From contig CAVVEU010000008.1 of NCBI GenBank assembly GCA_963747235.1, forward strand, positions 576,001 to 640,000: a stretch of 64,000 bases of DNA. Direction: 5' to 3'. The notes under the pieces are model-generated. The model saw nothing but the letters and a program-made list of their open reading frames with translations, was not told the origin of the DNA and searched no databases. The position numbers and the translations under genes were made by a program. This stretch comes from an uncultured Candidatus Rokubacteria bacterium (GTDB lineage Bacteria; Methylomirabilota; Methylomirabilia; Rokubacteriales; CSP1-6). Positions 59,282 to 64,000 of this stretch are shown piece after piece (positions within the stretch are counted from its first letter, which is position 1; every line of letters begins with the position of its first letter).

Positions 59282-59771
59282 GGCGGCCGGCGGCCTCCCA
59301 CGCGGCCAGGTTGGCCTCGATCTGCCTGGCGTGGATCTCCAGATGCTCGGCATAGATCGTCAGCCAGTCCAGCGCGGTGTAGCGGCCCGACGCGGTGTGA
59401 CGTCCTTCTCGCGCCCAGGCCTCCTCGGGCAGGCGCCGCAGGACCACCAGGGTATTGGCGCGCACCGCCCGCACGGTGGCCAGCGCGACGTCCACCGGAT
59501 GCCCGTGATAGTCGAGCGCGACCGCCCAGACGTTCTCGTCGTAACCCAGGACCAGCGGCTCGGGCTCGCAGACCACGTAGCGGATGCGGGCGGCCCCATT
59601 GGTCTCCGAGTCCGCGCAGTGGCAGGCCACTTCGTGCGCCGACCACTCGCCGGGAGCCGGCCGCCACTTCCGCGCCTCGGCGGGGACGCGGGCCAGGGCG
59701 CCTTCGAGGCGCGCGGGGCCGTCGGCGTACTGCTGGATCAGTCGTTCTCGCTCGGATCGCGTGAGGCTCAT
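59274..59771 (-). CDS. DinB-family protein
   Basis: PAPGEWSAHEVACH, WAREGRH, H..IH..QI. Confidence 0.87.
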   Translation of the reverse strand: MSLTRSERERLIQQYADGPARLEGALARVPAEARKWRPAPGEWSAHEVACHCADSETNGAARIRYVVCEPEPLVLGYDENVWAVALDYHGHPVDVALATVRAVRANTLVVLRRLPEEAWAREGRHTASGRYTALDWLTIYAEHLEIHARQIEANLAAWEAAGRPR

Positions 59772-59773
59772 CG

Positions 59774-60301
59774 ATGATCATCTCCTTCCGGATGCGGGTG
59801 ATGGGACGGGCGCTGGCCACCGCGGCCGTGGCCGGTATCCTCTTCACGGCCGCGGCCCACGCGCAGCCCGAGCGCGGCACCGCGCGGCTCGATCACGCGG
59901 GCGTGCAGGCCTTGCTCACGACCCTCGGCTACCATCCGCGCGAGGCGCGCAACGAGTCGGGACCCGAGTACGAGATCGTGCTGCGCCCGCCGGGCGGCCT
60001 CGCGGTCACCACCCGGGTGACCCTGTCCAAGGACGGCACGCTGGTCTGGCTCGTGGCCTGGCTCAAGAAGGTGCCGCCCGGCCGGACCATCAGCGGCAAC
60101 GCGATCCTCACCATGCTGACCGAGAACGACGCGATCGGTCCCACCCATTTCTCCTACAACGAGAGCCGGCGCTGGTTCTTCCTCAACAAGCCGGTGCCGA
60201 ATCAGGGGCTGACCGCGGAGCGCCTGCAGGCCGAGCTGCAGACGCTCGGGGCGACGATCGCGCGGACCGAGGCGCTCTGGGATTTCGACCGCTGGAAGTG
60301 A
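59774..60301 (+). CDS. Secreted hypothetical protein (possibly YbjN/CesT-like fold)
   Basis: AAAHA-Q signal peptide; LTENDAIGPTHF; fold is inferred. Confidence 0.6.
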   Translation: MIISFRMRVMGRALATAAVAGILFTAAAHAQPERGTARLDHAGVQALLTTLGYHPREARNESGPEYEIVLRPPGGLAVTTRVTLSKDGTLVWLVAWLKKVPPGRTISGNAILTMLTENDAIGPTHFSYNESRRWFFLNKPVPNQGLTAERLQAELQTLGATIARTEALWDFDRWK

Positions 60302-60305
60302 CGCC

Positions 60306-61754
60306 TCAGGGCAGGGGCGCGGGCAGGTCCGAGCGCCCCATCAGGTAGCGGTCCACCCCGCGCGCGGCGCTCCGGCCCTCCGCGATGGCCCACACGATCA
60401 GCGACTGGCCGCGCTGCATGTCCCCCGCGGTGAACACGCCGGGCACGCTCGTCATCCAGTTCAGGTCGCGCTTGACGTTTCCGCGGTCGGTGAGGGTGAC
60501 GCCGAGCTGCTCGAGCAGGCCCGGCCGCTCGGGGCCCACGAAGCCCATCGCCAGCAGCACCAGCTCGCACGGCAGGACGAACGTCGAATCCGGGACGTTC
60601 CGGAACACCACGCGCCCCTCTTCGCGCACCGGCTCCACGCGCGCCACCTCGAGGGCCTTCACGCGCCCGCGCTCGTCGCCGACGAAGCGGGTGGTGGACA
60701 CCGAGTAGACGCGCTCGCCGCCCTCCGCGTGGGCCGAGGAGACGCGGTAGATGTTCGGCCACTGCGGCCACGGGTTGTCGGCCGCGCGCGTCTCCGGCGG
60801 GCGCGGCAGGATCTCGAGCTGGTGGACGTCCAGGGCGCCTTGACGATGCGTGGTCCCCAGGCAGTCGGCCCCGGTGTCGCCGCCGCCGATGATCACCACG
60901 CGCTTGCCCTGGGCGCTGATGAAGGCCTCGTCGGGCACCACGTCGCCCTCGCAGCGCCGGTTCTGCGGCGTGAGGTAGTCCATCGCGAAGTGCACGCCGC
61001 CCAGCTCCCGCCCGGGAATCGGCAGGTCCCGCGGGGCGCAGGCGCCACCGCAGAGCACGAGGGCGTCGAACTCGCGCCGTAGCGCCTCCACCGGCCGATC
61101 CACGCCCACGTGCGCGCCGACCACGAAGCGCACGCCCTCCGCCTCCATCTGGGCGAGCCGCCGGTCCAGCACGCGCTTCTCCATCTTGAACTCGGGGATG
61201 CCGTAGCGGAGCAGCCCGCCGATCCGGTCCGCACGCTCGAAGACGGTGACCTGGTGTCCGGCCCGCGCGAGCTGCTGGGCGGCCGCGAGGCCGGCGGGGC
61301 CGGAGCCGATCACCGCGACCGTCTTGCCGGTCAGGCTCGCGGGCGGCTCGGGCGCGATCCAGCCTTCCTCGAACGCGCGGTCGATGATCGCGAGCTCGAC
61401 CGCCTTGATCGTCACCGCGTCGTCGTTGATGCCGAGCACGCAGGAGCCCTCGCAGGGCGCCGGGCAGAGCGTGCCGGTGAACTCCGGGAAGTTGTTGGTG
61501 GCGTGCAGGCGGTCGATGGCCTCGCGCCACTTGTCCCGGTAGACGAGATCGTTCCAGTCCGGGATCAGGTTGCCGAGCGGGCAGCCCTGGTGGCAGAAGG
61601 GGATGCCGCAGTCCATGCAGCGCGCGCCCTGCTTGCGCAGGCCGTCGACCGGCCACGGCAGCATGACCTGCCGCCAGTCGTGCGTGCGCTCCTCGACCGG
61701 CCGGTACGGCTGCTTGTCGCGCTTCCACTCGATGAATCCGGTGACCTTGCCCAT
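60306..61754 (-). CDS. gltD: Glutamate synthase small subunit
   Basis: [38 protein letters not shown]. Confidence 0.96.
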   Translation of the reverse strand: MGKVTGFIEWKRDKQPYRPVEERTHDWRQVMLPWPVDGLRKQGARCMDCGIPFCHQGCPLGNLIPDWNDLVYRDKWREAIDRLHATNNFPEFTGTLCPAPCEGSCVLGINDDAVTIKAVELAIIDRAFEEGWIAPEPPASLTGKTVAVIGSGPAGLAAAQQLARAGHQVTVFERADRIGGLLRYGIPEFKMEKRVLDRRLAQMEAEGVRFVVGAHVGVDRPVEALRREFDALVLCGGACAPRDLPIPGRELGGVHFAMDYLTPQNRRCEGDVVPDEAFISAQGKRVVIIGGGDTGADCLGTTHRQGALDVHQLEILPRPPETRAADNPWPQWPNIYRVSSAHAEGGERVYSVSTTRFVGDERGRVKALEVARVEPVREEGRVVFRNVPDSTFVLPCELVLLAMGFVGPERPGLLEQLGVTLTDRGNVKRDLNWMTSVPGVFTAGDMQRGQSLIVWAIAEGRSAARGVDRYLMGRSDLPAPLP

Positions 61755-61771
61755 GGCGGAGTCCGGACGCT

Positions 61772-64000
<2,229 letters not shown>

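Overview
High-GC (roughly 70%) bacterial chromosomal core region. Gene order and style suggest Candidatus Rokubacteria/Methylomirabilota, which is an inference. Contents in order: tctCBA-terC-fadR; ppdK-ilvBNC-psd-pssA-leuB-asd-truA; a Tat-exported selenocysteine formate dehydrogenase operon (in-frame UGA plus SECIS, NrfD-type anchor, fdhD/fdhE) with a FadR-type operator in its promoter; ccsA-hemACDB, Rrf2-cysK-(sulfur carrier/JAMM)-hemL; an alternative complex III-like operon actB-F with no actA beside it; moeA, yeeE, cpoB, dprA-topA-xerC-hslVU-argBDFG-comB-pgsA-plsY-gpsA-galT; tRNA-Gly/Cys/Leu; yjbQ, a radical SAM gene, Rieske-moaA-Cld/ChdC; gltD and partial gltB. About 15 single-base frameshifts in essential genes look like sequencing errors. 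No IS element, prophage or CRISPR array was seen. The most unusual signals are a three-copy dispersed repeat translated in the same frame inside hemL and dprA, two large structured intergenic elements (37.6-37.8 kb and 54.95-55.07 kb), an apparent ubiquitin-like/JAMM fusion, and the ActA-less ACIII.
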